This document shows, in pieces, positions 49,901 to 61,909 of a stretch of 64,000 bases of DNA. Source of the stretch: Salpingoeca rosetta (lineage: Eukaryota > Protista > Choanoflagellata). Each line of letters begins with the position of its first letter. Position 1 is the first letter of the stretch. The translations under genes were made by a program, and so were the position numbers. The stretch is from NCBI GenBank assembly GCA_033442325.1, contig JAWQFM010000003.1, positions 767,825 through 831,824 of the forward strand, in the 5' to 3' direction. The notes beneath the pieces were generated by a model. The model saw only the letters and a program-made list of their open reading frames with translations. It made no database searches and was not told the origin of the DNA.

Positions 49901-52900
49901 ACAACAGTAGCGGCAACAGCCTTGTCAACACCGACATCCTCCTTGCCGCCCTGGCCCTGGCCATCCTGCTGCGAGCCCTGCGCCTGCTGTTGTTGTTGCT
50001 GCTGCTGCTGCTGCTGCTGGGACTGCTCCCAGTAAAAGCGCAGCTGCATGAGCCACTCAAAGGCGTTGTGGTTGATGTTGGGTACTTTGGTCAGCCTGTC
50101 AATCACATCACGCGAGTGCACCTCGATGGTGATCAGCGCCACCAGCTTCTTGCGCTGCGTCTTGTTCTTCACGCTGCGCACAGCCTCCGTGAGCTTGTTC
50201 AGCAGCGACACCCACTTCTTCTTGAGCACCTTCAGGCCCTTCTTCGGGCCGCCCTTGGCGTCCGACATGGCTGCCACACACTGGCTGGTCCACGCCAGCT
50301 GGCTCACGGTGAGCACAAGCTGGCCCGCCCACTCGCGCAGCCACTTGTCGCGCTTCTGCTTCTTGTGGGCCACGATGGAGTCCTGCAGCAGGGCCTTGAG
50401 GCTGTGCCGCATCTCGCCTTCCACCTTCAGCAGCCACGACTCGACGGGGCCATCGAGCGCCACGGGAACCTTGAACGGCACATACTCGCCGTCGGGGGAG
50501 TGCATGCCCAGCGCCTGCGTGACCTTGCGGCCGGGGGGCGTGTTGAGCTCGAGCGCCTTGATGCTGTCAAAGCACTTGAGCAGGTGCGGCTGCACGGCCT
50601 TGGGGTTCTTGGACTGCCCGAGAATCTCCAGCAGGTCGTCGTTGGACACAAAGTAGAAGCGCGGGAAGTACTGCCGCTTCGTCTCCAGGTACTCGTCCAG
50701 CGACTTTTGGATCTGCTCCAGCACCAAGTTCATGTCGTTGAGCTGCTGCAGGAGGCCCTTGGCGTGCGTGCCGCGCTGCGCGTTGGGGTCCTCGTGCAAG
50801 CGCTGGCCAATCTTCAGAAACTGGTCGTCGATGGCGTCAAACTTGTTAGTCTCAATGGGCAGCTGGCGGCGAATGTCCTCGCCCGTGAAGATGTTCTCCA
50901 GGTACATCCACTGCCGCTGCACCGTCAGCAGAACCTCAATCACCTCCAGCACCATGGACAGCGTGCGCTCCCAAAAGTCCACGTCGCTCTCAAACGCCTT
51001 GACAAAGCGCGACGCCTTCATTGTGGACAGCGTCACCTGGTGGTCCTCCAGCAGCTGGTAGATCTCGTCGGTGCCCTTGAGCGTGTAGTGCCCGCGGTCC
51101 TTGTACGCCCCAATTTCCAGCGACGTGGAACCCCACACCTCTGCAATCTCGTCAATGCCCTGCTCAATTGACAGCTCCTTGCTGGCGGCGCCGGAGATGG
51201 CGTTGACCTCCTCCACAAAGCGGTCAAAGCCCAGGTCAATCATGGTGCCCAGCGTGAACTCCGCCGACGTGTGATCAAAGGTGCTGCCCACGTGCTCCTG
51301 CAGCTCGTGCCAGTGGCGCTGCCGCAGCGCCGGGTTCTTCAGGTCCTGGATCAGCGGCATGGTTCGCTTGAACTGCTCCACGCGCCGCCGGTACGTCTGC
51401 ACCATGTCCCAGTCCTTGTCCTTCACCTCGCGCGCGAGTTTCACAAACTTCTTGTTGTACTGCACGGCCTGCTGCTCCATGGCGTCCGTGTCCACGTCCG
51501 CAAACTGCGTCTGCTTCCACTCGTTGTAGCGGTCGTCCCATTCCTTGGCCAGGGTCCACAGCTGCGTGAGCTGGTCCAGGTCGCGGTGCGTGTCCGCCAC
51601 CTCCTTGAACGGCTCGTGGCTGATGCCAAACACCTTCAGGCCGGCCTTGAGCGACTCCTCGGACGAGCGGATGTTCTCCAGCTTGTGCCTAAACTCCTCA
51701 ATCGCCTGCAGCGCCTCGTCCGGGGTGATGGTTGCCGCAAAGGGCCCCGTGGTCACAAACGTCGCCCGCACCTCCGTCACGCTGCGCGAGAGGTCGTCCA
51801 TGTCCGCCAGCAGGTCCGTCTTGCACTTGGCCTTGGCGTCGGCCAGGATGTCGTCGGCCTGGTCCAGGGCGAGCTTGAACTTGTTCCACTGCGCAGGCAG
51901 GCTGTCCAGCTGCGCGCTCACCTCGTCGCTCAGCTCCACCTCGTACTTCTCCAGAATCTCAAACTCCTCCTGCAGCGGGCCAAACTTGGCCTCCACGCGC
52001 GGCGCCTGCGCCTTGGCTGCGTTGAGGTTCTCCACGGCCGAGATGACCTCGCTCAGGCCCTCCGGCACGCGCGACAGCAGCTCCGACTGCGTCTGCAGGT
52101 ACTCGCGCACGCGCGCCAGGTCGCCCTTGGCCCGGCGGTGAAGCAGCTCCGTGAGCTGCTCCTGCCACTGGTTGCACAGCTCAAGCAGGCTGTACTTGAG
52201 CATGGTGCAGTCCAGCTGCACAAAGTTGATCGGCGTGAACGTCTCCTCCTTCTGCACGTTGTTGGCCACCTCTGCATAGCGGGCAATGTCGCCATCAAAC
52301 TGGGCCAGCGGCGGGTTCATCTGCGCGTACCGCTGCAGGAAGCGCTCAATGTCCGTCTGCCAAATCTCGTGGTACGACTCGTGCCACACGCCCACGTAGT
52401 CGCGCAGGTTGGGCTCGTTGTCCTTGAGCCCTTGCTCCAGGTAGCGGCGCATCTTCAGCACGTCTGCGTCGTCACGCGAGCACTCGAAGAAGCTCAGCCC
52501 GTCGCGCGCTGCGGCTGCGGTTGTGGACACGGTTGCCGTGGACGCGGCGGCCAGCGACGACGTCGTGCCCGTCTTGGCCGCGCCTTTGCGCAGGGCGTTG
52601 TTGCTGCGGTTGCCGGCGCCGCTGCCGTGGGAGGATGTCGCAGCGAGAGAGGCCTGCGTGCGCGTTGTGCGCGAGTGCAGCTGTGCGTTGGCGGGGATGC
52701 CCTTGCACAGGATGGTGGTGAGCCTGTCCAGGCCAAGCAGCGCGTCGACCATCTCCTTGTGCAGGCTGAGGGCGACGTCGCAGAGGTGGCCGTACGTGGG
52801 CTGCAGCACGATGTTGCGGTCCTCCAGCGCCACGTTGACCCTGAACACGGGGCTGGGGATGCTCTTGCCATCGCCGACAATGGCGCGCACAAACTCGTTG

Positions 52901-54936
52901 AGGGATCGCTTGACATTTGTGCGCAGCGACTCCTCGAGCATGCGGTCCACCTTCTGCACGTAGCGCCGCCAGTGCTGCTGCACGTCGTGGCCGTCCTTCT
53001 TGAACACCTCGTACGTCTTCTGCAGGTTGCGCACAATCTCGCGGTGCACGTCGAGGAAGCGCTTGCGCACGGCGGCAATCTGCTCCTGCTGCGCCTCGTG
53101 GAACTCCGTCACCGTGTACACGCGCTTGAGGCTGATGCTGACCATGGTCTGCTTCTCCGCGTAGGCGCACAGGCGGGCGATGCGCTGGTTGGTGAGCATG
53201 TACTTGTCCACGTGCTCCTTGAGCTGCTTGGCGTGCATGCGGCAGTCGGCGACGTAGTAGTCCTTGATGCCCTTGGAGGCCCAGGTGAGCTTGGTGAGCC
53301 CGTGCTGCACCTTGCTGTCGAGGAAGCGGATGCGCTCACGGAAGAGGGCCTGCTCCTCCACGGAGAGCTTCTCGATGATCTGGTTGTAGTCGCGCACCAC
53401 CAGCATGATGAAGCAGCGCAGCGCGCGCAGCTCTTCGTTCTTGTGGAACATCTCCATGGCGGTGCTGGGGATGTCCAGGCCCAGTTTGAGCCAGTGCTTC
53501 ACCTCCGCAAACAGGACCAGCAGGTCCTTGTCAAAGTTGAGCAGCAGCAGCGTGCGCGTGCCGTCGCGCTTCAGCAGCGGGTTGTTGAGCAGGGCAGCCA
53601 GGTCCGTCTTTATCTCGCCCACCCATGTGGAGTGCGCCTTGCTGACAAAGTCGCGCAATGCGCCCGCGAGGAGCGTGTACTGGTGCAGCACCTCGTCCCC
53701 AAACGCGCCCGGCTGCACGTACTTGGCGTTGGCCAGCGCGCCGTGCACATGCGTGATCTGGTTGAGGAGGCCCGTGGCCCACATGCTGGCGCCGGCGTAC
53801 GGGGGCATGCCGGGCTCCAGCGGCGGCGCCTGGCGGTAGTTGTTGAAGTACGCCTTGACGTCCTCTAGCTGGTCTGCAAACATCTTGAACACGTGGGCCG
53901 TGCACTTGTCCAGCGCGCGCTTGACAATGTCGCGCTGGCCCAGGGGCCCAAAGGTTTCGATGAGCTCCACCCCGTTCTCCACGGTGGTGACGTGCTGGAA
54001 GGCCGTGGTCACCGCGTTCTGCACCATCACCTCGAGCTCCTTGACAGACTCCTTGAAGGTGTTGAAGTACCCCTGGTACTTGGAGGACTTGACGTCCAGG
54101 ATGTGTGCCTCGTGCTTACGCAGCAGCGTGAGGCTCTCCTCAAAGCGCGCCTCCACCCCGGAGAGTGCGCGGGCAACCTCGAGGCCGCGCGTGCCGGCAA
54201 AGTGGGGCAGCGGCACCTTGTCCACGCCCTTCTTGCGCGCAAAATGCTTCTGGCCCGAGCAGACGATGAGCAGGTCCTTGCACCGCTGGATAAAGGCGTC
54301 AATTTGGGCAAACACGCTGGAGTGGCTCACCACCCATGGCTTGCTCGAGTGCGGGAGGTGGGCGGCCTTGCGCTTCTCGTAGATGCTCTTCCACGCCTCG
54401 CAGCAGCTGATGGCGTCCGTGACAATGCGCACGCTGTCGTCCACATCACCCTCGAAGATCTCGTCCAGGGAGATGCACTCGCGGCAGCGCATGATGATGG
54501 CGTTGGAGACTTTCTGAAACAGGGACGTGATCTGCTCACGCGAGGTGTAGTGCTGCGAGTGAAGCTCAATCAGGCGGATCAGGTCAATGATGGTGGGCAG
54601 TTTCTCCGCAATGGCGTTGAGGTTAGACGTGTACAGCCGCGTGCACGGGTCACGCAGCACCCCGAGAAACTTGAAGTTGGCTTTGGACTACAGGAACAAA
54701 AAGGCGAGAAAGGGGTTGGGTGGTGGTTGGAGATGGTGTGTGTGTGTATGTGTGTGTGTGTATGTGTGTGTGTGAGTGGTTGAACAGTACTCAGGGCGCC
54801 CATAGACGCAACCAAAACCAGACACACAGACACACACGCACACAGACACAGAGGCAGACGAAGGCAGACATGCACAGATGGAGATAGACAGACACACAAA
54901 CAGACACAAGTTTAAGATCCCATACACGCACGTAAA

Positions 54937-54980
<44 letters not shown>

Positions 54981-56651
54981 TGCGAACAAACGAATGACGC
55001 ACCACTTCCATGCCGTCCTTGATGCGTTGGGACCAGCTCTGAAACTGGTTGAGGTACGAGGAGCCGGCTGCCTCCAATATCTTGAGAATGGTGGCAACGC
55101 CCTCCTTGTCCAGCTGCTCACTTATGCCAGACATGTCCTGGAAGCGCCGCTGCCAAAAGTCAATCTCATCCGTGGGCAGCTCAATATCTGCGCCCTGCTC
55201 CGCGTGCGTGGTGTTGAGCACATCCTTCACCTGGCGCGTCCAGCGGATGACGGTTGTCTCCAGGCGTTGCACCAAGTCACGGTCGGCAAGCATCACCTCC
55301 ATTGGGCGCGAGAGGTCCTCGTTGGGCACATACAGGACGGTGTTGTGGTCAGACTTGCTGGCCACGTCTGTGAGCGAGGACATGAAGCGGTTCATGCCTG
55401 CGGCAAACTCGTTGCGTACGCTGTCGGGCCACTGCTTGGCGGCGTGTGACATGAGCGGGGAGAAGAGGTCGTTCATCAGGCGCACGAGGCTGTCCAGGTA
55501 GTCCTGCTGCAGCACGCCCGTGTGCACAATGTCGTCAAACTGCGAGTCTGGGTAGATGAGCTCGGGCTTGGCGCGAACAAAGTAGATGAGGCGGCCAACC
55601 GGATATGCGGGTGGCGAGTGGCTGACAACCAGCATGCCCTCGGACTGGTACACGGTCAGCAGGACGGAGGAGCGCCGTGTGAAGAAGTTGAAGATGGCCT
55701 GGAACGACATGTCGTTGTTCCACTCACTCTCCGTCGTGCCCTCGAGGTGTACCCGCGACTTGATTTCGTTCACCTACGAGAAATAAAGCGGGGAGCAGAA
55801 GAGTTAGAAGTACAGCACAGGGACAGACGGATAGCAGGCGAGTGCTTGGGGCAGAGTCTTTGTGTGTGTGTGATGTGTATGTGTGTGTCTGTGTGTGTGT
55901 GTGTGCGTGTGCGATGTGTATGTGTGTGTGCGATGTGTATGTGAATGTCTGTGTGTGTGCGATGTGCATATGTGCACATGTGTGTGTGTGTGTGTGTGTG
56001 TTGCACACGACATGGTGGAGAATACATGAAACCCCGCCTCCCTTCCACAGAGTCTCAGGCCGCGCACACACGTGAATGAAAGAGTCATTTCATGGATATG
56101 TGCGTGCACAGGAGCCAGCGCTTCAAGTACATGAGCGGGCATGAATGCACTTTCCCACTGCAGTCACAACGTACCATAAAGTCACGAAGGTTTGCTGGCT
56201 TTGGCGGTGGAGCAGGGATGGGATCAGGGTCTGGCTGGGGATCGACCAGGACCTCAATCTCCTCACCGTCCGATTCCTCCTCGTCAGCAAGTTCCTCTTC
56301 ATCGTCTTCATACTCCTCATATTCCTCGTCCTCATTTCCTCCTCTGTCACCGACCGCAGAAGACGCACGTGTGTTGATGGCAGAGGCCTTTCTGGTACCG
56401 GCCTTGCTTTGTACAGCCGATGCCCGTTTGGAGGCCTTGATACTGCTGCTCTTGGACATGGCATTTGCGGTGCCTCCGTCAGCACGTGCGGCAGGCGCCT
56501 TGTCTTTGCTTTCCTGGGACTGCGGCTCCTGTTGTGCTTGCTCCTGCTGTGCTTGTTGGTTGTCTGTCGTGTCTGGCGGTGGTGTTGCGGAGGCGTTCGC
56601 TTCAGCTTGGGCCGAGGGCTCCTGTGCTGTTGCTGTTGTGTTCTCGCTCAT
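40964..56651 (-). CDS. DNAH2: Axonemal dynein heavy chain, DNAH2 / inner-arm I1(f)-beta type
   Basis: Exons 56651-56175, 55773-55003, 54687-49615, 49312 (1 nt) and 48969-40964. P-loops GPAGTGKT, GHTGSGKS, GPVGTGKT and GVGGSGRQS are present, as are CFDEFNR and ITMNPGYAGRTELP. The tail WPDSVRNEF..TVLYVPNE..DLVQRLETTVIRWTRQVK resembles DNAH2. Confidence 0.93.
49312..49312 (-). other. Predicted single-nucleotide exon (T) of the dynein heavy chain
   Basis: The minus strand reads TTGTGTTGTGTCGTTGCAG|T|GTGAGTAC. It joins upstream ...GTC AAC (phase 0) to downstream GC TCT GAT (phase 1), giving AAC TGC TCT GAT = N-C-S-D. Confidence 0.8.
49459..49601 (+). repeat. (CAAA/TAAA)n microsatellite in a dynein intron
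   Basis: Directly visible. Confidence 0.95.
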
Positions 56652-56970
56652 TGTTGTTCCAGGTGAGTGTGTTGTTTTGTTGGTGGTTGATGCCGCAATG
56701 TCAATGTGGTGGTAAGGTAACAACGCAGGTTGAACCCCCGCCTCAAGAGCGGATAATTGTGAGGAAAGGGGAAGGCCTGGCGCACTCCTTCACTTGCTTG
56801 CTTGCTTCCTTCCCGCCACAACCTATCTCGTTGCTTGATGGCGGCTGCGGCTGCGCTGTGGCTGTGCTGTGGCCGTGCTGTGGCTGTCGCTCCCAGCAGC
56901 CAGTGCTCGACGACGTTTGTGCGTTGTGTGTGCGTTGAGAGCCAAACCAACCGCCGATGAGTTGCAGTTG

Positions 56971-56983
56971 GTCGCTAAGCGAA
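56971..56983. promoter_or_regulatory. Candidate RFX X-box-like near-palindrome in the divergent DNAH2/C1orf87-like promoter
   Basis: GTCGCT-A-AGCGAA resembles the X-box GTYRCY-N-RGYRAC and lies between two likely ciliary genes. Confidence 0.3.
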
Positions 56984-57129
56984 ATGTTGCTGAAGTTATC
57001 TACCAACAATCACAGCCTGCATCCACAGCAACAACTACGACGCTGAGGACTGTTGTGACGGGCGAGCTGACGCACAACCTCTCGTCTCGCTTCCTTGTGG
57101 CGCTTGTACTGGGCTTGTGCTTGGCTTGT

Positions 57130-57210
57130 TGTGGTTGTTGTGGTTGTTGTGGTTGTTGTGGTTGTTGTGGTTGTTGTGGTTGTTGTGGTTGTTGTGGTTG
57201 TTGTGGTTGT
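57130..57210 (+). repeat. (GGTTGTTGT)n 9-mer tandem repeat
   Basis: About nine copies directly upstream of the ATG at 57227. Confidence 0.9.
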
Positions 57211-57226
57211 TTGAGCAGCGATCGCC

Positions 57227-59718
57227 ATGGCAGACGCACCATTTGGACACGACGGCCAAGCTTCCATTCGCACCGTGCTTCGCGGTGGTGAGTGTGTGTT
57301 TGTGCGTGCATGTATGTGTGGTGTGCTTGTGCTTGTGCGTGTGAGTGTGCATGTGTGTGTATGTTGCGTGTATGTGGATACTGCTTCTTTGTGTTGTTTG
57401 TGTGCCATGACTTGTTTGCTGGTGGCAAGAAGACCTGTGCCTTGCTTGACCTTCAACACTACCTGGGTATACATTGTAAGGCAAGCTCATCGAGCTGCGC
57501 GGGAATGGGCCTGCGTCGTCATCGTCTCAACAGCGTCATCAAACACCGTCCACAGTGCGTATTTTCTGCACAGAGAGAGACATTTGCGTGTCTGTGTGTT
57601 GTGTGTGAATGTGTGTGTGTGTGTGAATGTGTGTGTGAATGTGTGTGTGTGTGTGTGTGGATTGTGCGTTTGAGGTAGAGAGCTGTATTCGTTTGGATGC
57701 ATATGTGTGTGGCTGTGTGTTGTGTGTGTATGTCTAGGCTGTACTTGTGCGTGTGTGGATTGTGCCTGTGTGTGGATTGTGTGTGTGTGTGCACAAGTAT
57801 ATGAAGCAGCACCCAAGCGATAGAGCTTTCTCCCCTCATTACCTCCACCGCCACCACCGCCACCACCGCCACACTGTTTGCTGCTCTTGCGCGCCTGGAC
57901 CAGGCCTCCTCAAGAGGGAGACCGTCCTCTGGATCGCAGGGGCGGCGCTCATCTGGGCCGGCCATCAATGTGCCAGAGAGTCTCCTGCAAGACATGAGAG
58001 AAAACCCAAGAGCACTGGCCCTGTAAGCATACGCTGCCATACCCCCGATCAACACACACACACTCTCTCTTCACAGGCTCCTTCTCACATCCGTTGTTCA
58101 TCCTGTTACTCAGTCACACAATCACAGTCGGTCACACTCACACACGCACACACACACACACACACACGCACTCACGTAATCACACAGCCACTGAGCTGAG
58201 TCAGTGAGTCATACAGGTTCACACACACACGCACACACACACGCACACACACACGCACACACGCACACACAAACGCACACACGCACACACACTTGCTTCC
58301 TCACCTCCAGCTTGTGACCCACACTCATGAACGTACGCTCGCGCATACAGGTTTGAATCTCTGCTGCAGAACTCGCAGCGCGACCTTCACGGCAATCTCT
58401 TGCACGAGGCCGTCATCAAGTGCCTGCGAAAAGCGCAGCTCGTGCTCAACCTTCCCCTCTTTCGGCAGTGGCTCGAGTGCGTACCGCTGTGTCTGCGTGC
58501 CACCATGGTGAATGCTCACATAAGAAGGAGCTGCGCCCAAAGCGGGTTGGGGGAGGGGGAGGGTGTGTGCCGTAATGGGTCGTGAAGATGGGAGCAAGTA
58601 CCTGGTTGGTGGATGGGGTCTGTCTTTAGTTGGCATGATGACGAGTGTTTCCTCCTCTTTTCGCCTCGGGCGTTGTTAAAGCCCAACTTTGAAGGTGCAA
58701 CTCACGTTTCTGTTGTCACTGCCACTGCCACTGCTGCTGCTGCTGCTGCTGCTCTCTCTCTCTCTGTGTTGTATTCAGGTCACTCGACACACGCCGCAAC
58801 GGAACAATATCACTGACGTGAGTTGTTGCGGTTCATGTTTGCGTATGCACGTTCATGCACGGCGAACAGTGTTGCTCATCACTTCCCTGTGGCATGTGCG
58901 TCTGCGTTATTCAGTGCGCTGCAAGGTGCGATCGACGCTGCGAAGCGGGACGAGGCACCCCGGCCACGGGACGCGCTGCGAACACCACTGCATCATCATA
59001 TAGCGACATCGCACGTGGCCTCAACGGCGGCCATACCCGCAACGTCTGCTGTGTACACCCCATTCCTTCAGTCCTCAAATGCAACACACCACCACCACCA
59101 CCACCAGAACCACAACCATCACCATCATCAGCACAATCTTCAGCAGCAGCACCAACACGATCAAGGGCGCCCATCTCCACTGCGCAAGATGCTGTCGCGA
59201 ACAGGCGTCGTCTCCGCTGCCCCCAACAACAGCAGCAGCAGCAACAACAACAGCAACGCTGTGCTTACTGCGGCTCTCGTTCGCGCTCCACAAGCAGGTT
59301 TGTCGTCGTTGTTGTCGTCAACTCACGTTGTGTGCATGTGTGTGTGCGTGTTGTGGGTTTGTGTGTTTTTGCAGTTGTGTTGCGCGTGTGTTTGTTTTTG
59401 GCTCTGAATCTGGTGTGGTTTGGAAAATGTCTATTTGTTGTCGACTCACGACCAAGCCTGCGCCTGCCATGGCCATATGGGTTCGCAGGAGGCGTCGGAG
59501 TGTTTTCCAAGTACGACAAATTGCCACCCATCTCCTCGACACCAGCTACGGTGAATGTCGACACGCGCTCATCCGACACTACCGCTGCAGCCCCATCTCC
59601 GACCCTTGCTCGACCATCTGAGCAGCAGCAAGCCCACCACCAGCCCGAGTACCATCGACGAGAAGAGCATCAGCATCATTCACAAACGCAATTGCAATTG
59701 CAGCCGCAACAGCAACAT

Positions 59719-59754
<36 letters not shown>

Positions 59755-60162
59755 AACCACAGTTATCGCCAACAAGAGCAGCATCAGCCATCGTTCCAAG
59801 CCAGACCGCGGTCCCCTCCTGTGTCACAGCAGCATCCCCAGAGGCTGGTGCGGAGCGCAACTGACTTGAGCGAGTGGATGCATGGCTTTGATGCCATGAA
59901 CCGAGCTATGCTGGCACAGCAAGATGACAAGGGCCACATTGCATCGGCGGAGGCAGCCCGCATCATCTCAAACTTTGACCTCATTTACAGACTCCACCTG
60001 CCAAAGCGAACGGTGGTGGACCTCATTCAGCAACTGGAGACGCAGGATTTCTCGCTGCATGTGCAGGACTACTGCCGCGCCTTACTTGGGTCCTTACAGC
60101 AACAAACCTCCAAGCAGCAACACCAGCAACACCAGCAAGCGCCACCGCAGCGCTATGCATAA
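57227..60162 (+). CDS. C1orf87-like EF-hand-containing protein
   Basis: Seven phase-compatible exons, with an EF-like DTRRNGTISL. The C-terminal block SEWMHGFDAMNRAM...DDKGHIASAEAARIISNFDLIYRLHL resembles the recalled C1orf87 C-terminus (W..RF..LE.AL...G.LE...ARRLI.NYNLIY.L.L). Confidence 0.65.
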
Positions 60163-60267
60163 CATGGCACCATGGAGGTATGCACTGTTTTGTACATACT
60201 CTACTACTTCCTGACCCGGTTGTTTCCATGTCAGTTGTACATTCAGCGCACGCCTGTCGTAGCTGCC

Positions 60268-60353
<86 letters not shown>

Positions 60354-60712
60354 TGGTTGCCAGCCGCTTCGCCTGCTTGACAACGAATGTGATAATTAAT
60401 TGAAGATATGGCAAATTTACCGTACCGGCCAACACCACCAGCGCTCGCTTGCCGCTCGAATTCGCAACAATCCACACCAAACAACCACAACACACAACGC
60501 AGCATCTCACACACGAGCACAACAAACAAACCACAACACGCACGAACACACGAGCACAACACACATCACAACGCAACCAAGTATCCCACACCAAGCTTGT
60601 TGGCTTGGGTTGGTTTTGGTCGAGCATCGCACCGAGCATTGCACCATCGTGAGAGGCTCACCACACAGCTCGCCCACCGCCTCGCCCGCTTGGCACCACC
60701 ACGGACGGGCTG

Positions 60713-61873
60713 ATGGACGATCTGCCCGTGTTCTTTGACCAGCTGTGTGGTGTGGACCCGGGCCATCGCATCGCTGCGCATTGCCACGCACAGGGAGGTG
60801 CAGCCAAGCGCAAGTTCTCGCAAGGGCTCAGGACCCTGCGGCTTGCCCTCTCCATCGGCAAGGCATTTCGAGCAAAGCCAAACAACAAGGACACCGCCGC
60901 CTCCCCAGCAGAGCGCGCGCAGCAGATCCACCAGAAGCGGCGTGCCAGCTACGAGGTCTGGTCCTTCATCGACGCCGAGCTCGCCCTTGCTGGTGCCGGC
61001 ACCAGTGACAACGGTAGCGAGTCGTTTCTACCACCGCTCTCTGTGATTCGCAGTTTCGCTGCACCCCCGGGGGTCAACGAGCAGCTTGCACCAGCCTACC
61101 TCTCTGCACTCACTGGGGAGGACGCATTTGCCGCCGAGACAGAGGCACGCCGCGACAACACCCAGCTTGCCACCTTCAACCTCTCCGACACTGAGAAGCT
61201 TCCACCGGACCAGCGCCCGTTTCTGCTCACCCTCAACGATCGCCACATCCTGATCATCCAGGGGCAGCCCAATAGCGCATACGACTGCATCACCTGCTTC
61301 TGCGAGAAGGTTGGCACCAGCCCAGCTCTCTTCGCCCTCGAACTTCCAGAGCACACGCCAGCACCCTGCGCAGCCTGCGCCTACATCTGCCACCTCTATA
61401 CAAACTACGAGCGCCTACCAACCGACCAGCACCTGCCCACCAAGGCGTACCGCAAGCGCGTCTCGCGTCGCCACGCCAAGGCCAACCACGCCGGTGACGA
61501 CAACGACGACAGCGATTTCGAAGACGCAGACAACGCAGCTGCTGCTGACGGAGACCAGCGCCGGCCGCACACGCAACGCCCCCGCTCCAGAGCATCGCCA
61601 TCGCCGTCGCCATCGGCGTCGTCTCTCGCCGCCAACACAAGCAGCCCCAGTACCAGCAACAAGAAGTCGCGTGGAAGCGTAGCCTCAATCGCCCTTCCCG
61701 ACACACCGCACGCAAGGCGCCGCTCTCGGCGGCTACAGGCGGTTCTTCAGGACCAGGCAGCCCAGCGCGGATCACCGCCACCAACACGCGGAAGGGACGA
61801 CAAACAGCGTGCTCCTCGCATCTCCCTGTCGGTTGCAGCGCAACAGCAACAGCGCACAGCCCAACCCCAACCC

Positions 61874-61909
<36 letters not shown>

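Noticed and set aside
44012-53868. Very long + strand ORFs (1296 aa, 865 aa, 484 aa) antisense to dynein
   Set aside because: These are shadow ORFs caused by high GC3 codon bias on the coding strand. They have no motifs.
57130-57210. Tandem repeats as a possible CRISPR array or telomere
   Set aside because: Simple repeats without spacers, eukaryotic context, and no TTAGGG arrays.
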